Shown: piece after piece, positions 1 through 14,750 of the stretch
How the letters are laid out: every line of letters starts with the position of its first letter
Numbering within the stretch: position 1 is the stretch's first letter
Origin: Octopus vulgaris
Lineage: Eukaryota
Assembly (NCBI GenBank): GCA_951406725.2
Contig: OX597827.1
Span: forward strand, 42,966,001 to 43,030,000
Direction of reading: 5' to 3'
Length of the DNA: 64,000 nt
Program-made: the position numbers and the translations under genes
The notes under the pieces: generated by a model
What the model was told of the DNA's origin: nothing
Databases searched by the model: none
Seen by the model: the letters and a program-made list of their open reading frames with translations, nothing else

Positions 1-583
1 CGATATTCCTGTCATTGTTCAATGACTGGTTATGTTAAGTGTTTTGCCGTAAATAAAATACGGAGTGACAAGCACAAGGCAGTGATTTAAACTCGTAACA
101 AAGCCATTCATTATATTTTGTCACAAGGAAAATTTCTCACTGTGGGAAAATACGTGTATATGCACCGAGTCAGCTCACAGCGTCACCAAACCAGACTGGG
201 GAATGCATGCATTTCGGAGTGATTATCTTCTCCTCAGTAGCAGAGACCGAAAAGGCAGGCGCTGCAAACTGATACGAGAAACAAGTCCCTCTAATAACAT
301 TTCCAGCATCATTCAATGACTGGTTGCGCTATTCAACATTTTTTTTATTTCAGCTCCATTCTTCCCCTACAACTTTTGTTTATCGTTTTTGATATTTGAA
401 TAAATTTTTACCTCGGACATATGACGATATGTTGTCAAATTGAAAAAAGAAAACGAGCGAATTAATCTGACAACCCAGAATTTGTGATGAAATACTTTAT
501 CCGTTTTGTTGAGGAAATCTGAGAGGTACGTGATTGACTCACAAGAAAACAGAAAGACTAACATAAAATATACACAGAAGCTT

Positions 584-970
584 AGGAGTGGCTGTATGGT
601 AATTAGCTTGCTTACCAGCCACATGGTTCCGGGTTCAGTCCCGCTGTGTGGCACCTTGGGCAAGTGTCTTCTACTATAGCCTCGGGCCGTCGTATATATG
701 TATATATATATGTGTGTATGTGTGTGTGTGTGTGCGTGTGTGTGTATGTGTGTGTGCGTGTGCTTGTGTGTCTGAGTTTGTCCCCCAACATCGCTTCACA
801 ACCGATGCTGGTGTGTTTAGGTCCCCGTAACCCAGCGGTTCGGCAAAAGATACCGATAGAATAAGTACTAGGCTTACAAAGAATAAGTCCTGGGGTCGAT
901 TTGCTCGACTAAAAGGCGTTGCTCCAGCATGGCCACAGTCAAATGACTGAAACAAGTAAAAGAGTAAAAG
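584..970 (+). mobile_element. tRNA-derived SINE, family A (internal microsatellite, 3' tail GCTCCAGCATGGCCGCAGTCAAATGACTGAAAC)
   Basis: Pol III A/B-box-like head (TGGCTGTRTGG...GGTTCAGTCCC), CORE-like CCTTGGGCAAGT, same body as more than 15 other copies in the window; boundaries approximate. Confidence 0.9.
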
Positions 971-1149
971 AAAGAGAGACTGCAAAACCATAGAGTTCTC
1001 TGCAAACAATGTAACATTGCCCGCAACATATCTGGTGTTCTGGTACTTACACATATATTAAGGTTATTTGCTGGACGAAAGACAAGATCAGGGCCATTGA
1101 GGTGAGAACTCGAAATCTATTCAATACCATAAGAATTTTCCACATGTCT

Positions 1150-1360
1150 GTATGGTTAAGAAGCTGGCTTTGCAACCAAATGGTTCCTGATTCAGTCCCT
1201 CGACGCGGCACCTTGAGCAAATGTCTTCTACAATAATCCCGGTCGGCCAATGCCTTGTGAATGAGTTTGGGAGTTCTTCGTGCGTGTATTACTGCGTATA
1301 TGAGTGTGTATGTATGTATGTATGTATGTATGTATGTATGTATGTATGTATGTATGCATG

Positions 1361-1394
<34 letters not shown>

Positions 1395-1690
1395 TGTATG
1401 TATGTATGTATGTATGTGTGTGTGCGTGCGTGTGTGTGTGTTTGCGTCAGTACTTGTGTATGTATATGTGTGTGGGTCTTTGTGTTTGTGTCTTTGCCAC
1501 CGCTTGATAACCGGTGATGGTTTGTTTATATTCACGTAATTTAGCGGTTCGACAAAAGTGATTTGCAGAAAAATGGAATTCACCAAATTTGAAAATAAGC
1601 AGCGGAGGTCGATTTGTTCCACTAACTCCTTCAGGAACAGAGCTCCAGTATGGCCTCATTTCAATGAATGAAATACATAAAATGATTAAA
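1150..1690 (+). mobile_element. diverged SINE family A copy with (TATG)n expansion
   Basis: Head, CORE-like and tail motifs recognisable but diverged. Confidence 0.75.
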
Positions 1691-1964
1691 AAGTAAAGAT
1701 TAATGTTTCTGACGACCTGTACGTGAAACTGAAAGCAAGGAAGCAAGCTTTAAACATCAATTCAGACTGTCTTCAAATGTCACAATATGTCGCTTCGATA
1801 TCCTCGAATAACCAACAAACGTGGAAGTCGAGCCATGGATAAACTCGGTATATGAGGAATAAACACATTACACACGCACACACACAAAACAATATGATAC
1901 AAATGCGCGCGCGTGTGTGTGTGTATGAGTGTTCTTTAATTAGCTTCAACCATGTGGTTGCGGT

Positions 1965-2483
1965 ATGTGGAGGCGCGTGGCTTAGTGGTTAGGGTGCCAG
2001 CATCATGATCGTAAGATTGTGGTTTCGATTCCTGGACCGGGCGACGCGTTGTGTTCTTGAGCAAAACACTTCATTTCACGTTGCTCCAGTCCACTCAGCT
2101 GGCAAAAATGGGTAACGCTGCGAAGGACTGGCGTCCCGTCCAGCTAGGGAACACATAGGCCATTGAAACTGAGAAACTGGGCCCATGAGCCTGGCTAGGC
2201 TTTAAAAGGGCTCGTGTACTTGTGGAGGCGCGTGGATTAGTGGTTGGGGTGTCGGCATCATGATCGTAAGATTGTGGTTTCGATTCCTGGACCGGGCGAC
2301 GCGTTGTGTTCTTGAGCAAAACACTTCATTTCACGTTGCTCCAGTCCACTCAGCTGGCAAAAATGGGTAACGCTGGGATGGACTGGCGTCTCGTCAAGCT
2401 GGGGAACACATAGGCCATTGAAACTGGGAAACCGGGCCCATGAGCCTGGCTAGGCTTTAAAATGGCGCATTTATTTTATTTGT
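1965..2483 (+). mobile_element. tandem dimer of tRNA-derived SINE family D with 13-bp TSD
   Basis: Two ~255-bp near-identical units starting TGTGGAGGCGCGTGG; direct repeat ATGTGGTTGCGGT at 1952-1964 and 2484-2496. Confidence 0.85.
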
Positions 2484-2534
2484 ATGTGGTTGCGGTCATA
2501 CTGGAGCACCACCACACCCACCAAAAATTGGGAT

Positions 2535-2652
2535 TCTTATAGCGAAGGATTTGCTAAGGTGTAAACCATCTAAGTGTTAACCAAGGCTCGATGTGGTTTA
2601 ACTTCGGTGATCAGACGGTAAGCTGTACTTTCAACGTGATATGTCAATATGT
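2535..2652 (-). pseudogene. degenerate 5S rRNA sequence (head of a SINE3-like chimera)
   Basis: Minus strand GACATATCACGTTGAAAGTACAGCTTACCGTCTGATCACCGAAGTTAAACCACATCGAGCCTTGGTTAACACTTAGATGG aligns by eye to metazoan 5S rRNA (CCATATCACGTTGAAA...GTCCGATCACCGAAGTTAAGCAACGTCGAGCCCGGTTAGTACTTGGATGG); 3' end decayed. Confidence 0.8.
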
Positions 2653-3318
2653 AAGTGTGCATATATGAGCGTGTGTGCGTATTTGTGTACGTATGTGTGT
2701 GTGTTTGTGTGTGTTTATACATATATATATATATGTACACACATACATACACACACATATATATATGTACATGCATACGGGTTGTAGTCCATACTTTTAT
2801 GCAGATGTATAGTAGGGCGTGTGAGTGTGTGTGCGCATGCATGTTTGCATGCGCATGCGCGTATGTGTGCCTGCATGCATGTGTATGTGCATGTGTGTGT
2901 GCATGTGTGTGTGTGTGTGTGTAGTGTCTGTCTGTGAGAAATTATTAAAAAAAAAAACAAACAAAGAACAAACCATCATGAACGTCCTTCAGAAATGTTG
3001 CATAAACTGGGTTAATCTTGTGAAGCGACTAATACAAACATCACGCACATACACACACACAAACACACACACACACACACACATGCACACGCGCACACAC
3101 ACACACACACACACACGAAAAAAGGAAAACATTTACACGCACACACATGCACATCTACAAACCGCCCCCCACCCTTTTTTTTTTTTTTGATTCACGTCGT
3201 ACAAATGTATGCAGTCTCATATACAATGGATGCAACTAGCGAGTAGCAGCTAGAGGCTAGGCTAACGGAGTTAAGGGCGGGGAACAAGAGCACTTTAGAA
3301 GACGACTCAGCAATACGC

Positions 3319-3381
<63 letters not shown>

Positions 3382-3559
3382 ACACGTGCACACAAACAGG
3401 CTCATACACAAGAACATGCTCAAACGCGCGTCCATGCATACACACACATTTACATCAATATATACGAACACGTGTTGCACATTATCTTTCAATCTCCATA
3501 GACCATATGCTGTGCTTCAAGAATATTTGTATGAATGCATACATGTGTGCGTGTGTGTG

Positions 3560-4098
<539 letters not shown>

Positions 4099-5077
4099 TT
4101 GCCTACCTTACTTGCTCTTCCCGTCTCTTTCATAGCTTCCTCTTTTCTCTCCACTCTCCCTCCTCTGTCTCGCCCTCTCTTTCATATCTTCCTCCATTTC
4201 CCGCCTCTCTCTCTCCTTCGTATATTTCTCGTTTTCCATCTCTCCTTCATATATTTCTCGTTTTCGCTCTTCCCCCTCATTCTCTCTCACTTTCCCTCGT
4301 ATATTCTTCATACTCTTCTCTCTCTATCACTCTGTCTCTCTCTTTCTCTTCCCCTCTTTCTCTCCCTCTGTCTCCCTATTGTACCATACCCACTCTCTCT
4401 TTCTTTCATATCATCCTCTCTCTTTCCCTCTCCCTATCGTTCCATAACCTCACTTTTCTCTTTCCTTTATATCTTCCTCTTTACCCCCATCCCTCTGTCT
4501 CTCTCACTGCTTTTCTATCCTCCCACTCCCTCTAAAAAACGAAGATGGCTCCAAAGTGAGATAGTAAGGAACTGAAACTTCTGTTGCGAGTGTGGATAAT
4601 TGCTAGTGGCGATCCTCCAAACAACAAAAATTCTGCTGCACTGAAGAACAATGGTTTCTGTGGAACCATTGAGCGGATAGAACGGAAGGAAAATGAACTC
4701 ATCCAATCCTATGTCTTTATTGAGTCACACACTGACACTCTTGATGTCATCATGGAAAATAATAGTGGCATGGATGATAGAGATAGGGAAGATTAAGCTA
4801 GAACCAGAAGTCCCTCTGGTCCAGTGGTCCCACCAAAGAATGGATCCAGGCTGATAAGGATAAGGAAACTGAAGAAGCAACAGCCAGAAATCTCTCTGAG
4901 CCAGTGGTCCTACAAAGGAATGGAGCCCTCACCCCATTGAATAGCCAGAGGAATGCAAGTGCTACCACCAGTAAAGGAAAGACCACGAGCACAAACATAA
5001 AGAAGAAAGGGGAGAGAAAGGAAAAAGGAAAGAAAAAATACATATGTATATATATATATATGTATATGTATATATAT

Positions 5078-5142
<65 letters not shown>

Positions 5143-5604
5143 TATTTTATTTTTATTTTTATAAAATTTATTTGAATTAAATTATGGCTTGCACAGTAAG
5201 GTCCGGCGAATCTATTTACACATACACATACTTATCTGTTAAAATTAGAATATAGTATTTGCTATCGAACTATGATGAAGTTATTTAGAGGTCTGATGAT
5301 TGGGGCTACATTTTAAAAAAGGTTCCTGTAAAACACTGAGTGCTTAAGGAACCATAAAAGAACCTCAAGAAACACATGTAGCTGAGAAATGAGTAGTTAG
5401 TATTAAATCAATATTCTTTTATATGGTGTGATGAAGGGGACAACTATCTCTAAATAACATATATTTCCTCATTGAGAATAATTTGAACCCTTGTGATGCC
5501 GGAATTTTTATTCCCTAATAAATGAAATTAAATAATTATATATATGTATATATATATATATATATATAAAGAAATTAAAAAAGGAAAATATATCGACCGG
5601 TAAT

Positions 5605-5639
5605 ATATCGACCGGTTTCGCTATCGCTATTCATGATAT
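5605..5639 (-). ncRNA. minimal type I hammerhead ribozyme, A3-U8 core variant
   Basis: AUAUC-AUGAAUA-GC(GAUA)GC-GAAA-CCGG-UC-GAUAU: 5-bp stem I, 2-bp stem II, palindromic stem III ACCGGU, GUC site. Confidence 0.7.
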
Positions 5640-5929
5640 TCTGTTTAATTTATTTGAATATATATTTTTCTTAAGAAGAAATTTGGTTCATGTTGTGTGT
5701 GATGAAATTCACGAGTGAATGACTTCACAAGTAGACAAATAAAGGGAGGTATTTGGTTGTTATTATTGTTATTGTTGTGTGTAAGGGAGATAACTGTTCA
5801 GCTTTCGGTAATGGGTGAGGATTAAATATGTGTACAGAGAAGAGACAGGTTTTAAAAAACCTTGTTTAGTAGGGGATTTATGTCCAGTGATGTAATCGTG
5901 AATGGAATATGTAAAAATATAAAAGTTGA

Positions 5930-6448
5930 TTATGCGTGCATATTAAGACGTGTTTTGTATTTTTCAATGAAAAAAGTTTCTTTATTTAAACGTTCTAGTT
6001 GAGAGATTGCGTCTTTGCACTGGTAGAAAGGGAAGACTGTGAAATTTGGGTTGATGTTACCTGCACATTTTTCTATGTGTTCACTGAGGGGAATTTGTCC
6101 GTATTGCGGGAAACGGATTTGCTCCTTATGTAGAGTGATTCTCTTTCTCAAAGTCAAACTCGTTTATCCAATGTACTGATGACCGCAACCCGAGCAGGTT
6201 ATTACATAAATTAGGTTCTCAGAGGCACAGGTGAAACTAGTTTTAATTGTGAACCTCCGTCCTTGTTTGAAAAGGAAATCCGAGCCTTCAAGCAGGTTGG
6301 GGCAGGTTTCACAGTTCGGGTGTCCACATTTTTCAACCGTTGGTTTCGTGGTTGTTTTGTAAAGCTTCGCATTTGTTAATAGTCTCTTTAGCGATTTGTC
6401 TTGTTTTTTGCATTTGATGAGTTTGTGTGTTTTCAGGACGTCGTTCAT
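5930..6448 (-). pseudogene. Penelope-like GIY-YIG endonuclease domain with one in-frame stop
   Basis: KCGHPNCETC ... FTCASENLIYVITCSGCGHQYIG*TSLTLRKRITLH ... E..FIEKYKTRLN; ORFs 6164-6448 and 5930-6157 are in the same frame. Confidence 0.9.
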
Positions 6449-6619
6449 TTTTGGATCTCTAGTTAACTAGTAAGGCCGGGTATCTCTGCTGGTATTGTTT
6501 AAATTGCCCATGTAATCGCGATCATAGTCACTCTATTGGCGTTCCCACCACTTAAACCACGTTACCATTGAGATGGTGACAGCTGGGGAGAGAGAGAGAA
6601 GAGAGAGAATGACGAGGTG

Positions 6620-6717
<98 letters not shown>

Positions 6718-6995
6718 GGAAAAGCTGCACTGGTACTAGGTCGATATATATGTTCTGAGTGTGTGTCTCGCTCAAGGACACAAAACGCCGCCCGGTCTAG
6801 TAATCGAATCAACAAACTTATGATCCTGAGCTCAACAACCAAGCCACCAGGCCACGTAGCTTCACACACACACCCCACAGACACACACAACACAGGCATA
6901 CAAACATACACGCACTCACACATACATACATGCTTACATACATACTCTAATAAATCTGGGTATACATAATACACACACATACATACATACATACA

Positions 6996-7027
<32 letters not shown>

Positions 7028-7271
7028 CACACACACGCGCACACATACATTCATACATGCATACATACACACACATACATACAGATGCACATACATACAC
7101 ACACACGCATACATACACACATCTATCCATCCATCCATCCATACATACATACTTACATACATACACACATACATTCATCCATACATACATACACAAATAT
7201 GTAAGATTACTGAGTGTGTGTCTTGCTAAGGACTCAATCGTGTGTGTCTTACCCAGTTCAGTAATCGAACC

Positions 7272-7320
<49 letters not shown>

Positions 7321-7694
7321 ACATACATACATACCTACGTAGCCGCTTTAACTACGAGTTTGTCATGGGATTCCTCTATCGTTGTCCGTTCGATTGTAAG
7401 CTTTTGGGTCATGTGTCTGATCTAAATATAGATAACTTCCTCTTTTCCGCCCGGCAGCGGTGTCAGAGGTCACGAACAGAGTTCATGGACGCTGCACTTT
7501 CTCCTCTCTCACTAATAGATAAAAAAAGTAATAAATAACACACACAAAACACACACATGCATACATACATACATACATACTTATGTACGTACGTACATGC
7601 ACATACATACCCATACACATATATAAGTATACATACATATAAACATACATACACACACATACATGTATACATATATATATGTACACATACATAT

Positions 7695-7756
<62 letters not shown>

Positions 7757-7759
<3 letters not shown>

Positions 7760-7965
7760 TTAATCCAAACATGAAAACACAAAGAGAAAACAGAACAACG
7801 CGAGAACGTGGAACAAATATAGTATTATTGGACGCTCAGGAAGGAAGGGAAGATGGATGGTTTAACGTTTCGAACGGAGCTCTTTGTCGGAAACATAGGA
7901 GAAGAAAAGATCCAGAGAAGGGAAGACAGAGGGAAAAAAATCGCCAACGGTACACACGCGGTCAC
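7757..7965 (-). mobile_element. (TA)n-embedded Penelope pLTR-like fragment with decayed minimal hammerhead (7860-7894)
   Basis: Minus strand GTTT-CCGACAA-A-GAGC(TCC)GTTC-GAAA-CG-TT-AAAC; shares CGCTCAGGAA motif with 43686-43830. Confidence 0.55.
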
Positions 7966-8261
7966 ATATATAAATATATATGCATATACATACATACATA
8001 CAAATATACACACATACATATACAAATATACATATACATATTAATACATGCACACATATATACACATTAACACATGCACATATACATACATACGTATACA
8101 TACATATATACATGCATTCACACGCATATATATATATACGTAATATATACATATACGTATACATACACATATACATTCACATTAAGATATGCACACATAC
8201 ATATATACATTCGTACAGACATACATTCATTGATACGTACATAGATACATATATACATGAT

Positions 8262-8490
8262 GGCTGCCCCCTCATTTTCGAATATGGCCATTGCACGAAG
8301 CTTAACTGTTATTGGTGCTGTGATCGAATGTGACTTTTTAGCCCAGCCAAAGATCTACAATGTCTTGTACAGAATTGGCAACTAAAACCTTTATCGGCAG
8401 TAGCCGGCTGTAGTTGTAAATGGGCTTCATGTACCTTTGCATGTCGTTTAAGTCCTCCTGCCGAATTACACTCTCTTCCACATGCCTGAT
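8262..8490 (-). mobile_element. 3' end of an RTE-type LINE (two C2H2-like fingers)
   Basis: (Y)QACGRECNSAGGLKRHAKVH ... CQFCTRHCRSLAGLKSHIRSQH resembles RTE ORF C-termini; embedded in microsatellite. Confidence 0.6.
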
Positions 8491-9579
8491 ACATATACAT
8501 ACATGCATACATGCATACACACAAACATACACAATCATACAATCATACATACATACATACATACATACATACATACATACATACATACATACATGTATAC
8601 GTAATACATACATACGTAATACATACATACATGAACTCGAAGTAGCTATCAAATAAACAACATAGGACTGTGTTGTTCGTGGCAAATAAAAATTATTTAT
8701 TTAAACTGTTTTGTGACGTAGGACTGAAAAAATCCTTGTTTGTTACTGTTGACTGATTATCGGCTTAGCTGAGCAGAAGATTCTAGAAAAGCGGTCATAC
8801 GATTATTAAGACCCTACACGCTTCAAGCATAAAACTGTATGGTAACACCTTTATGTATTTTGGGCCATAAGATAAGCCAAACTCTGTGTGTACCTATACA
8901 TGTCGAGATGGGTGTGTTGTATGTAATGAAAAGGGTGACACAGAGGGCGAGAAGGAAATTTGCAAGAGAATCGAACAAAGAAAGCACACACACTCGCTCA
9001 GTATCTCGTCAGTTGTCGACCGAACAGCATAACAGTTTCGTCACCTTTCGACATGTTTGTTCAATTTACCGATGTTAGCAACATGAAAGCTGTTGGAGCA
9101 CAGACGAATGAACAGGACAAAAGAAAAGGCACGCGTGCACAGCCACACACACGCGCACGCGCGCACACACACACACACACACACAAACAAACAAACAAAC
9201 AAACAAACAAGCAAACATACAAACACACACATATATTGGATCTCCGTATGAACGTGTACGACGCTGAGCATTCCTTCCAGTGACACGTGTACAGTAAACG
9301 CAAACCTCGTAATTGGTAAGTTAGTCCCTTTGAATTACAAGCCCACAACATTCGGTAGGCTTCCACACAGTTTCCGTCCACACAATTTTCAGTCGCAAGA
9401 CTTGGGTCCACCAGAAGATATTATTAAACGAATCTAGTCCATGATGTCTCGCAGTGGGAACGAACCCGAGGCCTTATGGCAGCCAAGAGATCAGTTTGCT
9501 GAGAGGACGAACACTGACTCGCATGTTTCACGAAAGGCCTAATGAATGCACCACGGCCGAAATTGACAGGAAACTCTTT

Positions 9580-9609
9580 ATCATCATTATCTTCCTCCTC
9601 CTCCTCCTC

Positions 9610-9650
<41 letters not shown>

Positions 9651-9738
9651 GCACTGTCATCATCGTCATTATTATCGTTGTCGTCATCTACCTCTTCTTC
9701 TTCTTCTTCTTCTTCTTCTTCTTCTTCTTCTTCTTCTT

Positions 9739-9769
<31 letters not shown>

Positions 9770-9906
9770 ATCTTCTTATTTTTCTTCTTCTTCTCCTTTT
9801 CTTCTTCTTCCTTCTCCTTTTCATCATTTTCTTCTTCCACTTCTTCCGCTTCTTCTTCTTCCCTTTTCTTCTTCTTCTTCTTCTTCTTCTTCTTCTTCTT
9901 CTTCTT

Positions 9907-9937
<31 letters not shown>

Positions 9938-10130
9938 ATCTTCTTCTTCTTCTTAATGTTCTTATTTTTCTTCTTCTCCTTCTTCCTTCTCCTTTTCATC
10001 ATTTTCTTCTTCCACTTCTTCCGCTTCTTCTTTTTCTTCTTCTTCTTCTTCCTCCTCCTCCTCCTCCCCCTCCGTCTTCACATTGTTATTGTCATTATCA
10101 CCATCAGCAACATCAACATCAACATCATCA
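9580..10130. repeat. trinucleotide (CAT)n/(CTT)n field with internal higher-order duplication
   Basis: Direct inspection. Confidence 0.9.
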
Positions 10131-10294
10131 TCCGTCCCAGCCATTACCTGCTGACTGCAAAACAAGGGCCTCTCCAAGAAACCGACGCCAGATGAGCCGG
10201 TCTTATAATGTTCTCAGTCAACACCTCTCAGCTTATCGATCTCAAATCTCAAATCCCAATCATGTCTTCTGACTTCTCTGACCGAATGAACGAG

Positions 10295-10364
<70 letters not shown>

Positions 10365-10699
10365 CAACTCTATGCTATACACACCTCTCCCTGTGCGTGC
10401 GTTTGTGTGTGTGTGTATGTGTGTCCGCTTGAATGTGTGTGTGTGTACGTGAATATCTTATGTGTATGTATGTATGTATGTATGTATGTATGTATGGATG
10501 GATGGATGGATGGATGTATGAATGCATGTATGTATGTGTGTATGTATGTATGCATGTATGTATGCATGTATGTATGTATGTATGTATGTATGTATTATGT
10601 ATGTATATATGCATGTATGATGTATGTATGTGTGTATGTATGAATGCATGTATGTATGTATGTATATAATATATTAATAAATAAAACATATGCATATAT

Positions 10700-10910
10700 A
10701 TATACATATATGTAGGTACCTACCTCTACATGTATATATACACGCATATATGAGTACAGGACACAAAAAAAACGTCGAACACAATGAGAAACGAAAACAT
10801 AGACACAAACACAAGGGACTGGACATTTTTCTTAAACAACAAAAAAGATAGAGTACAGGACAAATAACACAAGGAAAAAACCTCTTCTTCAGTCGCCATG
10901 GTTTCATCTA
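10700..10910 (-). mobile_element. truncated copy of structured repeat family 2 (retains CTGAAGA core strand)
   Basis: Homologous to 20480-20665 and 39090-39400 (ACAGGACA...CGTYGAACACAATGAGAAAYGAAAAC). Confidence 0.7.
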
Positions 10911-11999
10911 TATATGTAGATACGTATGTATTTATGTATGTTTGTAGGTACGTATGTACGTATATATGTTTGTATATATGTATGTATGTATATATGTATG
11001 TATATATGTATGTATGTATGTATGTATGATGCATGTATGTAAGATGTATGTATTATGTATGTATGATGCATGTATGTATGTATGTATGTATGTCTGTATA
11101 TATGTATGTATATATGTATGTATGTATGATGTATGTATGCATGTATGATGCATGTATGTATGTATGTGTGTATGTATGTATGTATGTATGTATGTATGTA
11201 TGTATGTATGTATGTATGTATGTATGTATGCATGTGTATATGTATGTATGTATTTATGTATATATATATGTATGTATATATGTATGTATGATGTATGTAT
11301 GATGTACGTATGTATGATGTACGTATGTATGATGTACGTATGTATGTATGTATGTATGTGTATATGTACGTATGCATGTATGTATGTATGTATGTATGTA
11401 TGTATGTATGTATGTATGTATGTATGTATGTATGTATGTATTTTTGTATGTATGTATATATGTATGTATAGCAGACAAGTCGTTGTTTTTAGCTCTCTCT
11501 GCTGCCAATCTTATACTCTCTCTTTCTCTCTCAATCTCTCTCCACCCCTCTCTCTCTGTCTCAGTTTGTGTGTGTGTTTGAGTAAGCGTAGAGAGAAAAC
11601 ATGCACACACACCTACCTACCTTCCTACATAGATACATACATACATACATGCATACATACATACATGCATACACACATACACAAATACACACGTAATACA
11701 TACATACATACATACATACATACATACATACATACATGCATACATACATACATACATACATACATACATACATACATACATACATACATACATAATAGGT
11801 AAATACAAGCACACATATAAACATGTTATTGAGCGCCAGTATGCACACTTACTCTCTCACACACACAGACTGAGTACAAAGTTGCAATTGTTATCACACT
11901 GGCAGCAATGGCGGATGACAGTTGATTTAATTTAATGAGGCCAACATCACGAGTGGACTTGGTCGCTTAGGAGAGTGGCTGGCCTTGATCTACTATTGC

Positions 12000-12066
<67 letters not shown>

Positions 12067-12188
12067 CACATATATATATATATGCATACATGCATATACA
12101 TATATACATATTTTAGTAGGCATGTGTGCATATGCATATATATATATGTATGAATATATAAAAATACATATACATATATGTGTGTGTG

Positions 12189-12231
<43 letters not shown>

Positions 12232-12433
12232 ACATAAATACGTGTATATGTATACAAGTCTATATATGCATATATATTTATATATGTATATATGTATACA
12301 TGTGTATGCTTTTATATATACACTCAAAAACACGCGCATTCATACATATATATGCATATACACACACATATATACATGTATATATATATATGTGTGCTTG
12401 AGTGTATTCCTGGATATATATATGTGTGTGTGC

Positions 12434-12520
<87 letters not shown>

Positions 12521-12623
12521 TGTATATGCATGTACGTATATATGTATGTATACTTATAGTGGCAGCGGTGTCGACGGTGTTGTTCTGACAGTGTTTGCAA
12601 CGGAAGCAACAGTTGGAAAGAAC

Positions 12624-12702
<79 letters not shown>

Positions 12703-13773
12703 GGTGACATCTTTTTTTTTCCCTCTAACACATCGGCTGCATGTATGTATTCAAATACGACTTGTTTGGCTGGGTAGCTGATTGGCCGGATGATTGGATG
12801 GCTGGATGGCTGGTTGAGTGGGTAGCTAGATGGATGGATGGATGGATCGATGGATGGATGGATGGAAACCGCTTCCACAATAAAGTTGAAAATAAATATA
12901 TAAGTAAATAAATAAATAAAGACATCGGACATGATATATTGCCGTGAAAGTCAGCAAGGAAATTTACGTACGAAATATCACTTCCATTAAAAATAAAATA
13001 AAACAGAATCCAATTTCATTATAGAAAGCATGTATGCGTACGAGTTTTCATATTTTTCTTTCCTAGTTGCAAAATAACAGTGTGCGCACGCAAATATTCA
13101 GTTTAAAAGGAAAATTGGCTAAAAATTTAGAATGGGATTTTCAGATAATGCGAGGAGACCAGATAAGATGCACTTTACAAAGATAATCTTTAAGTGTAAC
13201 AGTAAAAGCATGCAAAATTTTGCGAAAGTTCAACATACAAGATGCAGACGTGGCTGTGTGGTAAAACAATTTCCTGATCAACCATATGGTTCCGGGTTCA
13301 TTTCCATCGCCTGGTACCTTATGCCAGCAAGCGATTATACGAAAGCGCCCTCGTGGCGATTAACTTTTTAAGATTCAGATTACTCTATGAAGTATTGTTT
13401 ATTCCTCCTCTAGCCATGCCTGACTCATTAGGGCCGGTTTCCCAGTTTCCTTGGCGTATAGGTTCACCACCTGGACGGGACGCCGGTCCGTCACAGATGA
13501 GCTGCAAGATGCAGGAGGAAGGAGTGAGAGAAAGTTGTGGCGAAAAAGTCAGCAGAAGTTCGCCATTACCTTCTGTCGAAGCCGCGTGGAGCTTAGGTGT
13601 TTCGCTCATAAACACACACATCACCCGGTCTGAGATTCGAACCCGCGATTAATTTTAATAGCCACATCATTGTTTATCATGGGTTGATTTCTATGAGAAT
13701 TTTGATGGCGCACCAAGCCTGCACGACTCAAACACCTCCGCATACATACGTACATACATACATACATACACAC

Positions 13774-13804
<31 letters not shown>

Positions 13805-13826
13805 CATACATACATACATACATACA

Positions 13827-13858
<32 letters not shown>

Positions 13859-14317
13859 AAAATATCCTTTTGCTGATGTTGAAATTCCAATGAAAGAGCT
13901 TTGGATCTAAGTTAGAAACCGGTTCTTCTCTGTTGACAAGAAATTTTGAAATAAACCGAATAATGACATACATGCATGGATACATACACATCAAAACTTC
14001 TATCAATTACAAAGCTACCCTGCTCATGCGAATACCTTTTCGAAAATGAAAGAGAAAAAGGATAACTAAGAATACATACTTCGAAGCATTCAGCTTCCAT
14101 AACCAAATTATAAATTCACATTTATACGAAAAATAATCGGTGCCCTTGGTTTTGTGAGTAAATGATTCTTTGATAATCTGGAAAATATGGTGTTTTCTGG
14201 AAAAGAAGTCAGCCAGTTAATGCACGCATTACAAATATAAACTGTAAGCGGAACAATGTAAATCTCCAAGACTCTCTCTCTTTCTCTCTCTCTCTCTCAA
14301 TATATATATATATATAT

Positions 14318-14750
14318 AGGCACAGGAGTGACTGTGTGGTAAGTAGCTTGCTTACCAACCACATGGTTCCAGGTTCAGTCCCACTGCGTGGCACCTTAGG
14401 CAAGTGTCTTCTACTATAGCCTCGGGCCGACCAAAGCCTTGTGAGTGGATTTGGTAGACAGAAACTGTAAGAAGTCCGTCGTATGTATGTATGTATGTAT
14501 GTATGTATGTATGTATGTATGTATGTATGTATGTATGTATATGTTTGTATGTCTGTGCGTGTTTCTCTAACATCGCTTGACAACAGATGCTGGTGTGCTT
14601 ACATTCCCGTCACTTAGCGGTTCGGCAAAAGAAAACCGATAGAATAAGTACTAGGCTTACAAAGAATAAGTCCCGGGGTCCATTTGCTCGACTAAAGGCG
14701 GTGCTCCAGCTTGGCCGCAGTCAAATGACTGAAACGAGTAAAAGAGTAAA
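14318..14750 (+). mobile_element. SINE family A
   Basis: Full head, body and tail. Confidence 0.9.

Larger units (their letters stand above)
5568..6460 (-). mobile_element. 5'-truncated Penelope-like element (GIY-YIG 3' end plus pLTR region)
   Basis: GIY-YIG remnant upstream, hammerhead motif in the 3' non-coding part, abuts (TA)n at about 5540-5567. Confidence 0.8.

Noticed and set aside
4535-5040. Coding-looking unique stretch (ORFs 4584-4796, 4904-5164)
   Set aside because: Stops in all frames and no recognisable motif; possibly a decayed element
8309-8490. Host C2H2 zinc-finger gene exon
   Set aside because: Linker is not TGEKP-type and the context fits an RTE LINE 3' end
9454-10272. 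272-aa poly-Leu/poly-His ORF
   Set aside because: Trinucleotide repeat translation with no domain or splice evidence
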